Part shown: in pieces, positions 38,466 to 50,501 of the stretch
Numbering within the stretch: position 1 is the first letter of the stretch
How the letters are laid out: every line of letters begins with the position of its first letter
Assembly (NCBI RefSeq): GCF_039654945.1
Contig: NW_027361696.1
Span: forward strand, 86,862,001-86,926,000
DNA from: Dendrobates tinctorius
Taxonomy: Eukaryota
Direction of reading: 5' to 3'
Length of the DNA: 64,000 nucleotides
Made by a program: the position numbers and the translations under genes
The notes under the pieces: model-generated
What the model saw: the letters and a program-made list of their open reading frames with translations, nothing else
Told to the model about the DNA's origin: nothing
The model's database searches: none

Positions 38466-39683
38466 ATGTGGATTGTGGCTCTGCGGGTGGAGGTCGGTGC
38501 CGGAGGCTCCATTATTCTCTATGTGGATTGTGGCTCTGCAGGTGGAGGTCGGTGCCGGAGGCTCCATTATTCTCTATGTGGATTGTGGCTCTGCGGGTGG
38601 AGGTCAGTGCTGGAGGCTCCATTATTCTCTATGTGGATTGTGGCCCTGCGGGTGGAGGGCGGTGCCGGAGGCTCCATTATTCTCTATGTGGAGTGCGGGT
38701 GGAGGTCGGTGCTGGAGGCCCCATTATTCTCTATGTGGATTGTGGCTCTGCGGGTGGAGGTCGGTGCCGGAGGCTCCATTATTCTCTATGTGGAGTGTGG
38801 CTCTGCGGGTGGAGGTCGGTGCTGGAGGCTCCATTATTCTCTATGTGGAGTGTGACTCTGCGGGTGGAGGTCGGTGCTGGAGGCTCCATTATTCTCTATG
38901 TGGAGTGCGGGTGGAGGTAGGTGCCGGAGGCTCCATTATTCTCTATGTGGATTGTGGCTCTGTAGGTGGAGGTCGGTGCCGGAGGCTCCATTATTCTCTA
39001 TGTGGAGTGTGACTCTGCGGGTGGAGGTCGGTGCTGGAGGCTCCATTATTCTCTATGTGGATTGTGGCCCTGCGGGTGGAGGGCGGTGCCGGAGGCTCCA
39101 TTATTCTCTATGTGGATTGTGGGTCTGCGGGTGGAGGTCAGTGCTGGAGGCTCCATTATTCTCTATGTGGATTGTGGCTCTGCGGGTGGAGGTCGGTGCC
39201 GGAGGCTCCATTATTCTCTATGTGGATTGTGGCTCTGCGGGTGGAGGTCAGTGCTGGAGGCCCCATTATTCTCTATGTGGAGTGCGGCTCTGCGGGTGGA
39301 GGTCAGTGCTGGTGACTCCATTATTCTCTATGTGGAGTGCGGGTGGAGGTCGGTGCTGGAGGCCCCATTATTCTCTATGTGGATTGTGGCTCTGCGGGTG
39401 GAGGTCAGTGCTGGAGGCCCCATTCTCTATGTGTAGTGGGGCTCTGCAGGTGGAGGTCGGTGCTGGAGGCTCCATTATTCTCTATGTGGAGTACGGCTCT
39501 GCGGGTGGAGGTCGGTGCTGGAGGCTCCATTATTCTCTATGTGGATTGTAGCTCTGCGGGTGGAGGTCGGTGCTGGAGGTTCCATTATTCTCTATGTGGA
39601 TTGTGGCTCTGCGGGTGAAGGTTGGTGCCGGAGGCTCCATTATTCTCTATGTGGATTGTGGCTCTGCGAGTGGAGGTAGGTGC
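38466..39683. repeat. 55-bp G-rich minisatellite (~23 copies, with ~45-bp variants)
   Basis: Unit ATGTGGATTGTGGCTCTGCGGGTGGAGGTCGGTGCCGGAGGCTCCATTATTCTCT. Confidence 0.97.
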
Positions 39684-39872
39684 TAGAGATTCCCAATTAC
39701 TTGGCACAGGGGGAAGTAACCTTTTCAGAGCTGAAACTATCTTGGTGCTTTTTTGTTGTCACTTTCTAAGAATCATAGCATTTTGTTCCTTTTCCTCTGG
39801 TAGATACATGTGACCCAAGTATGGAAAACAGGAAGTAACGAAACACATATTACAATGTCCCTTTCCTGTCCC

Positions 39873-40090
39873 CACACACAGTATAATGTTCCCACAGTAT
39901 CACCATCTCACCACATACAGTATAATGTTCCCCCAGTACCGCCATCCCACACACACAGTATAATGTTCCCACAGTACTGCCATCCGCCACACAGTATAAT
40001 ATTCCCACAGTACTGCCATCTCCCACACAGTATAATGTTCCCCCAGTACCGCCATCCCCCCGTATGCAGTATAATGTTCCCCCAGTACCC
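39873..40090. repeat. ~36-bp minisatellite
   Basis: CACACAGTATAATGTTCCC(C/A)CAGTAC x ~6. Confidence 0.9.
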
Positions 40091-40199
40091 AGTATCAGCC
40101 CTTGGTTTATGCAGGACTCTGCTGTCTGTGCTGGTTCTCATCGTCCTGGATGAGGTGAAGTTTATGTGTGGGGTCAGGGAGGGTTTACAGGGTGGATGT

Positions 40200-40600
40200 A
40201 GCAGAGCCGTGTGTGTGTGTATGAGGTGTACGGAGCAGAGCCGCGAGTGTGTGTGTACGAGGTGTACAGAGTGGAGCCGTGTGTGTGAGGTGTACGGAGC
40301 GGAGCCGCACGTGTATGAGGTGTACGGAGCGGAGTCGCACGTATGTGTATGGAGCGGAGCTGCGTGTGTGCAAGGTATATGGAGCGGAACCGCATGTGTG
40401 CAAGGTTTACGGAGTGGAGCCATTTGTGTTCAAGGTTTACAGAGCGTGGCCACGTGCGTACAAGGTGTACGGAGCAGAGCCGCATGTGTATGAGGTTTGC
40501 GGATTGGAGCCATGTGTGTACTGAGTTGAGCGTGTGTGCAAGGTGTTCAGAACGGAGCCGTGTGTACGAGGCATAAAAGGCGGAACCATGTGTGTATGAT
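40200..40600. repeat. ~30-bp minisatellite
   Basis: GAGGTGTACGGAGCGGAGCCGC-(TG)n units. Confidence 0.85.
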
Positions 40601-42902
40601 GTATTCGGTGCCATACGTGTACAAGCTGTATTGTGGGGAGCATTCATACCTCCCAGCGGGACAGTCCCGATTTTGAGAGAGATACTGCCCCGGCTGGGAG
40701 CTTACTTTTCGCGCGGACACAGGAGTACACGGCGGAGCCCCAAGGAGCACTTTAAAATTCACATGTGACGTTCCACCGGAAGTGACGTGCTAGAAGCTGA
40801 CAAGAAATGAGGTAACTTTGGGAAGAGATTGTGACGGAACCATGGAGGCACTTTAGGGAATGCTTCAGATCCATCACCGTGTCCTCCTCCAACAGCGCGG
40901 ACAGCAGGATTACCTTGAACTCGGGGATGCTGACCATGTGAGCGGATCATGATATGTCATGCATCGGGAGGCTCAGGTGGGCACTGCAGTGGGAGCCGGG
41001 CTGCTATAGTATCTTTATAGAATCTTTCTTTCTATCTCTGTTTTTTTATCTCTCNNNNNNNNNNNNNNNNNNNNNNNNNNNNNNNNNNNNNNNNNNNNNN
41101 NNNNNNNNNNNNNNNNNNNNNNNNNNNNNNNNNNNNNNNNNNNNNNNNNNNNNNNNNNNNNNNNNNNNNNNNNNNNNNNNNNNNTTCTTTCTTTCTTTTC
41201 CTCAGTACCAGTCAGCGTGCCCACAGTACCAATAGAATAAGGGGGGTAGGAAACTAGGTGGCACTGGTCACTTTGAGCCTCTCATACTTTTTACTGGTGT
41301 ATAATCATATGCTCTGAGCACCTCCATAAAGTGGGCCAGCCCCAGACAACAGTGTACAAACAAATCACTATTACTATCAGTCCAAGTGGACAATTATATA
41401 CGTAAAGTTAATGATGTCCCTGTGCCAAGCAGTGCAGAGGATCAGAATACACTGAGGAGACTGAGTAGCGGGTATGGTGATAAGAATTATATGGGGCCCA
41501 TTACACTGTATGAAGTAATATATGGTGCCCATTATACTGTATGAAGTAATATATGGGGCTCATAATACTGTATGGAGCATTATGTGGGGATAGGGGATGA
41601 CTTTCTGATTGTTGTGGATCTGACCCCTGGGACCCCCATGATCCTAGGAAACGTAGCTTTGAAGAGCACCATGTAAATGGAGGTGTGGTCAATCATATGC
41701 ACTGTGGCGCCATTCACATGTGGCTCTTCAAATAACTCCTTAAAGAGAGTGATGAGGAGAGGACAAAGTATAGCAAAAATTCACTGATCGGGGTGTGGAG
41801 TGTTATAGTTTGTGGGCTGGTGGGGTTTGTGTGGCAGGGCTGCTTTTTTGTCCCAGTCCGGCCCTGGTCAGATGCCTATTTTACTGTTTCTACTTTGTGG
41901 AAATTAATGACACTTTAGTGCTGTGTGACAATTATTTTTTGAAATGTGGAGATTCCAAGTTGGGTCTCCATCTGGTGGGTTGCCTGTGTAAGTAGGGCTC
42001 CCAGACAGACATTTTTCTAACATTAGTGCTCTACCAAGCTGATATTTGTGGCAGTTCAGTGTGGCTGGGCAAAAGAAAATGGAGCTGTTGCAGGAATTAT
42101 CAGGGCTCCTAGCAAAGAAGGTTTACACCGCATCTTTAGTCACCGCGTCTTGATTGAAATTCAATGCAAAGACCCAGATACCTCATGCATGGCCCATGGC
42201 TGAGTGCTTCTGTTCCATTATCAAATTTCTACTGTCGGTCAATTGATGCCACTTTTCCTGATATCTGCTCCTAATTTGAGTTGCTTTGGCAGCTTTTTCC
42301 CCCTTAAGGTGTTGTCTATATGTTTAGTTTTGCCTCCCATTGAATTCAGTGGGGTTTGGATATGTTTGACGAACTGTTCGGCAAATATTGGGATGATCGA
42401 CAAATCTGAATTGAACCGAATCTTTCATCTCTACTTACTTCCAGTCAACTACCTGTGTTGCTATCCTTACATTTTTCTAACATTAGTGGCTTAGCAAATT
42501 GATATAGTGCCCCCTAAATGTGGCTGAGCAAAAAAGCAGTTTGAGCTGTTGCATGATGTGAAAGGGCTCCCAGCAAAGCAGGCTTACACTGATCCCTCAC
42601 CCACCTCATTTTAATTTAAACAAATTCAAAGCTCTAAATGTTGATCCAGACCCCGATAACTCATAAATGGCACATGGCTGACTGTTGCTGTGCCATTGTA
42701 ATTTTTTTAATGTAGATGACTTGATCAGTCAACTACCTGCTTTACTATCCTTAAATTTTTCTAACATTGATGGTTTACCAAGCTGATATTTGTGTCACCT
42801 GAGAGTGGCTGAGCAAAAATCTGTTTGATCAGTTGCATGAGGTAATAGGGCTCCCAGCAAAACAGGCTTGCACTGGTCCCTCACCCACCTCATCTTAAGT
42901 TA

Positions 42903-43847
42903 GGCTGAGTTCACACGTGGCGTTTTTTTCGCCTTTCCGCGGCGGTTTTAACCGCGCGATTTTGCCGCAAAAACGCGAAAAATAAGCATCCCATGCATTC
43001 CTATGGGATTCCGCAATGCTGTGCTAATGCTGCGATTTTTACCGTGGCGGAATCGCTTCGCGGTAAAAACCGCAGCATGATCATTAATTTGCAGAATCGC
43101 GGCGATCCCGCACCCATAGGAATGCATTGTTCCGCTTACTTCCCGCATGTGGCTGTGCACATCATGCGGAAAGTAAGCAGAACATTTGCGGATGGTACCC
43201 ACGGTCCGGAGGAGAGGAGACTGTCCTCCGGGCTTTGGGTACCATATCCCTGTAAAAAAAAGAATTTAAAAATAAAAAATATTGTTATTCTCACCCTCCG
43301 ACGTCCCGCGCAGTCTTCCCGCTTCTCTTCATGCTCTCGTTCCCAGTAGTCCTTTGCGAAAATGCCCGCGATGGCGTCCGTTCTCGCGGGATCGCGAAGT
43401 CTCGCGGTCATTCGCGCGACGTCATCGCGAATGACCGCGAGACATCGCGATCCCGCGAGAACGGACGTCATCACGGGCATTTTCGCAAAGGATTGCTGGG
43501 AACGGATGCGCGGGACGTCGGAGGGTAAGAATAACACCATTTTTTTTTTTTTTTTTACATTCTATCTTTTACTACTGATGCTGCATAGGCGGCCTCAGTA
43601 GTAAAAAGTTGGTCACACTCGTCAAACACTATGTTTGACGAGTGTGACCAACCTGTCAATCAGTTCTCCAAGCGATGCTACAGATCGCTTGGAAAACGCT
43701 AGCATTCTGCAAGCTAATTACGCTTGCAAAATGCTAGTTTTTCCGCAGGAAAATCACGGGAATTTAAAATGCGATTTTCCCGCGGACTGGAATTCCGGAA
43801 TTCTCGCGGTAATTTCCGCGAGAGTTCCGGTACGTGTGCACTTAGCC
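42903..43847. mobile_element. PIF/Harbinger-type MITE with an internal palindrome
   Basis: TIR GGCTGAGTTCACACGT / ACGTGTGCACTTAGCC; TSD TTA; inverted repeat ~43280-43540. Confidence 0.85.
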
Positions 43848-45551
43848 TTAAACTTAAATTTAAAGCTTTAAATGCTGGCCCAGACACTGATATCTCATGC
43901 ATGTTCCATGGCTGACTGTTGTTGTGCCTTTATAAAATTTCTAATGTTGTTCAATTGATGCCACTTTTCCTGGTGTCTGCCCCTAATTTTGGAATTGTTT
44001 GGACTCCGACTTGTGACTCCTTCATATGTGTTGCCTGAATTTGACAGGGCTCTACGAGCACTAGGCCTACACTTGTCACTCATCCATCTGTTATTGATCA
44101 ATGTTTTAGCAGGTAGAAGCACTAATCTAGGCCCTGTCCCATGCATCCATGCTACGCAAAGATATGATTTGATCTCTTGGTAAATTGCTGCCATTTTTCC
44201 TGGCGTATGCTCCTAAATTAAGCTGTTTTAGCAGCTTTTCATCAGCCCCCAGAAAGTATGGACTACCCATTTAGTTTTACCTTGCCTTGAATTCAATGGG
44301 GTATGGATGTGTTCGACGAACAGTTTGGCAAACAACTGACCGTTCACTGCACCGAAATGAACCTTGAAAGGTTCGCTCATCTTTATTCTTGACCGGTTTT
44401 GCTCACACTGCAGCAGGGATTTTTACCCACTCCTCCATTCAGATCTTTTCCAGATCTTTCAGGCTTTGGGACTGTCATTGGACAACAATGAGTTTCAGCT
44501 CCCTCCAAAGATTTTCTATTTGGTTCAGGTCTGGAGACTGGCTAGGCTACTCCAGGTCCTTAAAATGCTTCTTATGGAGCCACTCCTTAGTTGTCCTGGC
44601 TGTGTGTTTCGGGTCATTGTCATGCTGGAAGACTCAGTCACGACCCATCTTCAATGCACTTACTGAGTTTGTTGATCAAAATCTTGTGATACATGACCCC
44701 ATCCATCCTTTCTTCAATACAATGCAGTCATCCTTTCGCCTTTACAGAAAAGCACCCCCCAAAATATGATGTTTACTCCACCATGCTTCACTGTTGGGAT
44801 GGTGTTGATAACACAAAGTTCTTTTTTGGTCTCATCTGGTCACATGACCATCTCTTATGCATCCTCTGGATCATTCAGATGGTCATTGGACTTCAAACAG
44901 GACTGAACATATTCTGTCGTGAGCAGAGGAACCTTGTGTGCCCTGAAGGATTTTACTTCATCACAGTGTAGTGTGTTAATAATGGTAATTTTGAGATTGT
45001 GCTCTCAGATCTCTTCAGCTAATTGACTAGGTCCTCCCTAGTGTTGAGCATTCCGATACCGCAAGTATCGGGTATCAGCCGATACTTGCTGTATCGGAAT
45101 TCCGATACCGACTTCCGATATTTTTTCAATATCGGAATTCGGCATCGGAATCGGAAGTTCAAAGTTGATTGACAGCCTGACGTCATCATGATGCGCGGTG
45201 TGTGCGCATCATGATGCGCCGTCATTTCGGGCCTTCCGGGGGTCTCTGCCGGCCTGCCGGGGGGCTGTGTGGACTGCCCGGGGTCTGTACCGGCCTGCCG
45301 GGGGGCTGTGCCGGCCTGCCGGTGGTCTGTGCACCCTGTGGGGGTCTGTACCGGCCTGCCGGGGGGCTGTGCCGGCCTGCCGGGGGGCTGTGCTGATGTC
45401 CGGGGGTCTGTGCAAGCATCGTCCGATGGGATTACAAGTCCCATCTGGCGATGCCTGCTACCATGACAGTGATTGACACATTAGCCAATGATGGGACAGT
45501 AGTAGTCCCATCATCCGGCTAATGTGTTAAATGTTAAAAAAAAAAAAAAAA

Positions 45552-46330
45552 TACTACATACATACTACATACATACTACATGCATGCTACATACATACTA
45601 CATGCTACATACATACTACATGCTACATACATACTACATATATACTACATGCATGCTGCATACATACTACATGCTACATACATACTACATATATACTACA
45701 TGCATGCTACATACATACTACATGCTACATACATACTACATGCTACATACATACTACATATATACTACATACATACTACATACTACATACATGCTACATA
45801 CATGCTACATACATGCTACATACTGCATGCTACATACATACTACATACATACTACATGCATGCTACATACATACTACATACATGCTACATACATACCACA
45901 TATATACTACATACATGCTACATGCTACATACATACTACATACATACTACATACATGCTACATACATACTACATATATACTATATGCATGCTACATACAT
46001 GCTACATATATACTACATGCATGCTACATACATACTGCATGCTACATGCATGCTACATACATACTACATACATACTACATGCATGCTACATACATACTAC
46101 ATACATACTACATACATGCTACATACATACCACATATATACTACATACATGCTACATGCTACATACATACTACATACATACTACATATATACTACATGCA
46201 TGCTACATACATACTACATATATACTACATGCATGCTACATACATACTGCATGCTACATGCATGCTACATACATACTACATACATACTACATGCTACATA
46301 CATACCACATATATACTACATACATACAAT
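45552..46330. repeat. Compound (TACA/TAC/TGC) microsatellite, left arm
   Basis: Directly visible. Confidence 0.97.
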
Positions 46331-47004
46331 ACATTCATACAATACATACATAGACATACAGTACATATAACATAGAGTAACATACTTACCAATACTTGTC
46401 ACATTGTTCCCCGAAGCCATTGTCTTTTCCGGAATAAATATTAACATAACAAACCACAAAAATACTCACCCACGATCCGAAGCAGTCCACGAGTGTGTCC
46501 CACGACGATCTTGGGTAGAGAACTGCAGCATCAGATGATGCTGCCGTTCTCTACGGGCTGCAGGAATCCAATGACGGAAGGTAGGTATCCTTCCGCACTG
46601 TATTCCTCCGCCACTTAAAAAAAAAAAAGTCCCTAGTCTCACTTTATGCCATTGCTGCGTGGGAAATTCCCACACAGCAATGGCATAAAGTGAGACTAGG
46701 GACTTTTTTTTTTTTTAAGTGGCGGAGGAATACAGTGCGGAAGGATACCTACCTTCCGTCATTGGATTCCTACAGCCCGTAGAGAACGGCAACATCAGCT
46801 GATGCTGCAGTTCTCTACCCAAGATCGTCGTGGGACACACTCATGGACTGCTTCGGATCGTGGGTGAGTATTTTTGTGGTTTGTTATGTTAATATTTATT
46901 CCGGAAAAGACAATGGCTTCGGGGAACAATGTGACAAGTATTGGTAAGTATGTTACTCTATGTTATATGTACTGTATGTCTATGTATGTATTGTATGAAT
47001 GTAT

Positions 47005-48213
47005 TGTATGTATGTAGTATATATGTGGTATGTATGTAGCATGTAGTATGTATGTAGTATGTATGTAGCATGCATGTAGCATGCAGTATGTATGTAGCAT
47101 GCATGTAGTATATATGTAGTATGTATGTGGTATGTATGTAGCATGTAGTATGTATGTAGCATGCATGTAGTATGTATGTAGTATGTATGTAGCATGCATG
47201 TAGTATATATGTAGTATGTATGTAGCATGTAGTATGTAGCATGCATGTAGTATATATGTAGTATGTATGTAGCATGTAGTATGTATGTAGCATGCATGTA
47301 GTATATATGTAGTATGTATGTAGCATGTAGTATGTATGTAGCATGCATGTAGTATATATGTAGTATGTATGTAGCATGTAGTATGTATGTAGCATGCATG
47401 TAGTATATATGTAGTATGTATGTAGCATGTAGTATGTATGTAGCATGCATGTAGTATATATGTAGTATGTATGTAGCATGTAGTATGTATGTAGCATGCA
47501 TGCAGTATATATGTAGTATGTATGTAGCATGTAGTATGTATGTAGCATGCATGTAGTATATATGTAGTATGTATGTAGCATGTAGTATGTATGTAGCATG
47601 CATGTAGTATATATGTAGTATGTATGTAGCATGTAGTATGTATGTAGCATGCATGTAGTATATATGTAGTATGTATGTAGCATGTAGTATGTATGTAGCA
47701 TGCATGTAGTATATATGTAGTATGTAGCATGTAGTATGTATGTAGCATGCATGTAGTATATATGTGTTATGTATGTAGCATGTAGCATGCATGTAGCATG
47801 CATGTAGTATGTATGTAGTATGTATGTAGCATGTAGTATGTATGTAGCATGCATGTAGCATATATGTGTTATGTATGTAGCATGTAGCATGCATGTAGTA
47901 TGTATGTAGTATGTATGTAGCATGTAGCATGCATGTAGCATGCATGTAGTATGTATGTAGTATGTATGTGGTATGTATGTAGCATGCATGTAGTATGTAT
48001 GTAGTATATATGTGGTATGTATGTAGCATGTAGTATGTATGTAGCATGCAGTATGTATGTATCATGCATGTAGTATGTATGTAGTATATATGTAGTATGT
48101 ATGTTGCATGTAGTATTTATGTAGTATGAATGTAGCATGTATGTAGTATGTAGTATGAATGTAGCATGTATGTAGTATGCATGTTGTATGTATGTAGCAT
48201 GTATGTAGCATGT
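47005..48213. repeat. Compound (TGTA/GTA/GCA) microsatellite, right arm
   Basis: Reverse complement of the left tract, but longer. Confidence 0.97.
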
Positions 48214-49054
48214 AATTTTTTTTTTTTTTTTTTACATTCAACACATTAGCCGGATGATGGGACTACTACTGTCCCATCATTGGCTAATGTGTCAATCACT
48301 GTCATGGTAGCAGGCATCGCCCGATGGGACTTGTAGTCCCATCGGACGATGCCTGCACAGACCCCCGAAGCCTGCACAGACCACCGGCAGGCCGGCACAG
48401 CCCCCCGGCAGGCTGGCACAGCCCCCCGGAGCCTGCACAGACCACCGGCAGGCCGGCACAGCCCCCCGGCAGGCCGGCACAGCCCCCCGGAGCCTGCACA
48501 GCCCCCCGGCAGGCCGGCACAGCCCCCCGGCAGGCCGGCACAGCCCACCGGAGCCTGCACAGACCACCGGCAGGCCGGCACAGCCCCCCGGCAGGCCGGC
48601 ACAGACCACCGGAGCCTGCACAGACCCCCTGGCAGGCCGGCACAGCCCCCCGAAAGGCCCGTACAGACCCCAGAGAGGCTGTACGAGGCAAAAACAGGGT
48701 TTTTCTTATTCCGATACCGGAAGTCCCATAGACTTGAATGGGACTTCCGGTATCGGAATCGGCGATACCGATACTTTTTTTAAAGATCGGCCGATCCATT
48801 CCGATCCGATACTTTGAAGTATCGGACGGTATCGCTCAACTCTAGTCCTCCCATGTAAATCTGAGCTGATTCCTGACCTTTCTCAGAATCTTCCTTACCC
48901 AAAAAGTTGATGAGGACTGACAGTCATCTTGCGCTTCTTACATTTTCTAATAATTGCACCAACAGTTGGTGCCTTCTCACCAAGTTATTTGCTTATTGTC
49001 CTGTAGCCCATCCCAACTTTGTGCTGGTCTACATTTTTGTCCCTGGTGTCCTTA

Positions 49055-49556
49055 GGGTGGTTTCACATTAGCGCTTTTTAAGCGCGCGCACGCACGGCCG
49101 GGGGTAGCTCCGCCCCCGAGCCGGCTCTCTGCCCGGCGTGCCCGCCCCTTGCTTGTAGCGCCGCCTCCTAGCGCACAGCGGCGCCTGCGATCGGCGCACC
49201 CTATCTTTAGCATAGGGTGCGCAGATCGTGCGCAGGCCGTGCGCTAGTTGCGATTTGACCTGCGCTGCGCACTTTTGACGGTGCACCGTGCGCGCCAAAA
49301 TCAAACTTTTCGGATTTTGGCGCGCACGGCGCACCGTCAAAAGTGCGCAGCGCAGGTCAAAGCGCAACTAGCGCACGGCCTGCGCACGATCTGCGCACCC
49401 TATGCTAAAGATAGGGTGTGCCGATCGCAGGCGCCGCTGTGTGCTAGGAGGCGGCGCTACAAGCAAGGGGCGGGCACGCCGGGCAGAGAGCCGGCTCGGG
49501 GGCGGAGCTACCCCCGGCCGTGCGTGCGCTTAAAAAGCGCTAATGTGAAACCACCC
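49055..49556. mobile_element. PIF/Harbinger-type MITE, near-perfect ~500-bp palindrome
   Basis: GGGTGGTTTCACATTAGCGC...GCGCTAATGTGAAACCACCC; flanks TTA / TAA; ~10-nt loop near 49305. Confidence 0.9.
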
Positions 49557-49842
49557 TAAGACAGCTCTTTGGTCTGGTCCATGGTAGAGAGGTTGGAGAA
49601 TTATTAATTAAGTGTGTGGACAAGTGTATTTTATATAGGTAACAAGTTCAAACAGGTGCAATTAATGAAGGTAATGAGTGCAGAGTAGGAGGACTTCTTA
49701 AAGAAATACTAACAAGTCTGTGAGAACCAGAATTCTTGCTGGTTGGCAGTTGAACAAATACTTTTTTCATGCAATAAAATGCAATTTAGTTATTTAAAAA
49801 TCATACAATGTGATTTTCTGTTTTTTATTTTTAGATTCTGAA

Positions 49843-50115
49843 GTAGAAGCACTAATCTAGGCCCTGTCCCATGCATCCATGCTGCACAAAGATATTATTT
49901 GATCTCTTGTTAAATTGTTGCAATTTTTCCTGGCGTATGCTCCTAAATTAAGCTGTTTTGGCAGCTTTTCATCAGCCCCCAGAAAGTGTTGACTATCCAT
50001 TTAGCTTCACCTCACCTTGAATTCAAAGGGGTACGGATGTGTTCGACGAACAGTTTGGCAAACAACTGACCGTTCACTGCACCAAAACGAATCTTGAAAG
50101 ATTAGCTAATCTTTA
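49843..50115 (+). repeat. Direct copy of the hAT terminal segment ~44112-44385
   Basis: GTAGAAGCACTAATCTAGGCCCTGTCCC...CTTGAAAG..T.GCT.ATCTTTA in both copies. Confidence 0.85.
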
Positions 50116-50501
50116 TTAATAGGCTGAAATTAATTTTGCCCAATATAAATATAATATAAAAAACATAATTATTAATAATTGTATGACTTAATAATGTGCA
50201 GAACTAAGTATGCCGACATCCCCCTATATACAGTATGACCTACCACATAGCCCCTACATACAATATAAGCCTAGTTTTGCCCTTCACAATTCACCTCCTG
50301 ACTGTGGAGGTTGCCACCCCAAGTTGAGACATTATGGAATCCCTACTCCTCGTCCACTGCCCCTATGTAGCCCGACCACTACTCTGATTGACCAGGCATC
50401 CTCTATAGGATAATATGTCATGGACATATATAAATATATACAATATAGATACTAGTGGGCTGAAGGGTATATATACATATACACAGTACATATACAGTAT
50501 A

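Larger units (their letters stand above)
37892..41866. mobile_element. Non-autonomous hAT-type element loaded with minisatellites
   Basis: Imperfect TIR CAGGCCCGGATTGG / CCAGTCCGGCCCTG; 8-bp TSD GTCAGATG at 37884-37891 and 41867-41874. Confidence 0.9.
35400..44385 (+). mobile_element. Decayed hAT transposon, 3' part, with nested CR1, hAT-N and MITE
   Basis: Transposase remnant ~35690-36254 (LDPQFK, MVQEYLELNI, SECVFSTA), ~130-bp repeats, TIR-like GTTCGCTCATCTTTA at ~44371-44385; same family as 281-2380. Confidence 0.7.
45039..48844. mobile_element. Non-autonomous hAT element with giant foldback structure (3806 bp)
   Basis: TIR TAGTGTTGAGC / GCTCAACTCTA; 8-bp TSD GTCCTCCC at 45031-45038 and 48845-48852; internal palindrome centred at 46666. 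Confidence 0.95.
44386..49840 (-). mobile_element. Decayed Tc1 hosting the foldback hAT element and a MITE
   Basis: Minus-strand FQHDNDPKHT and SPDLNQIENLW at ~44510-44630; start region ...TKELSKD at ~49045-49585; sequence continuous across both inserts. Confidence 0.85.

Noticed and set aside
38351-40650. Repetitive Cys/Gly/Trp-rich ORFs
   Set aside because: Products of minisatellites; overlapping frames and no domain.
41055-41184. 130-nt N run matching the 130-bp period
   Set aside because: Flanked by TC/TTC simple repeat; unresolved or masked sequence, so the length match is treated as coincidence.
45524-48244. Long His/Tyr/Thr-rich ORFs on both strands
   Set aside because: Translations of a stop-free microsatellite, open in all three frames.
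48246-49559. GC-rich ORFs, including mirrored ORFs 49068-49367 and 49248-49559
   Set aside because: Artefacts of a GC minisatellite and a palindromic MITE.
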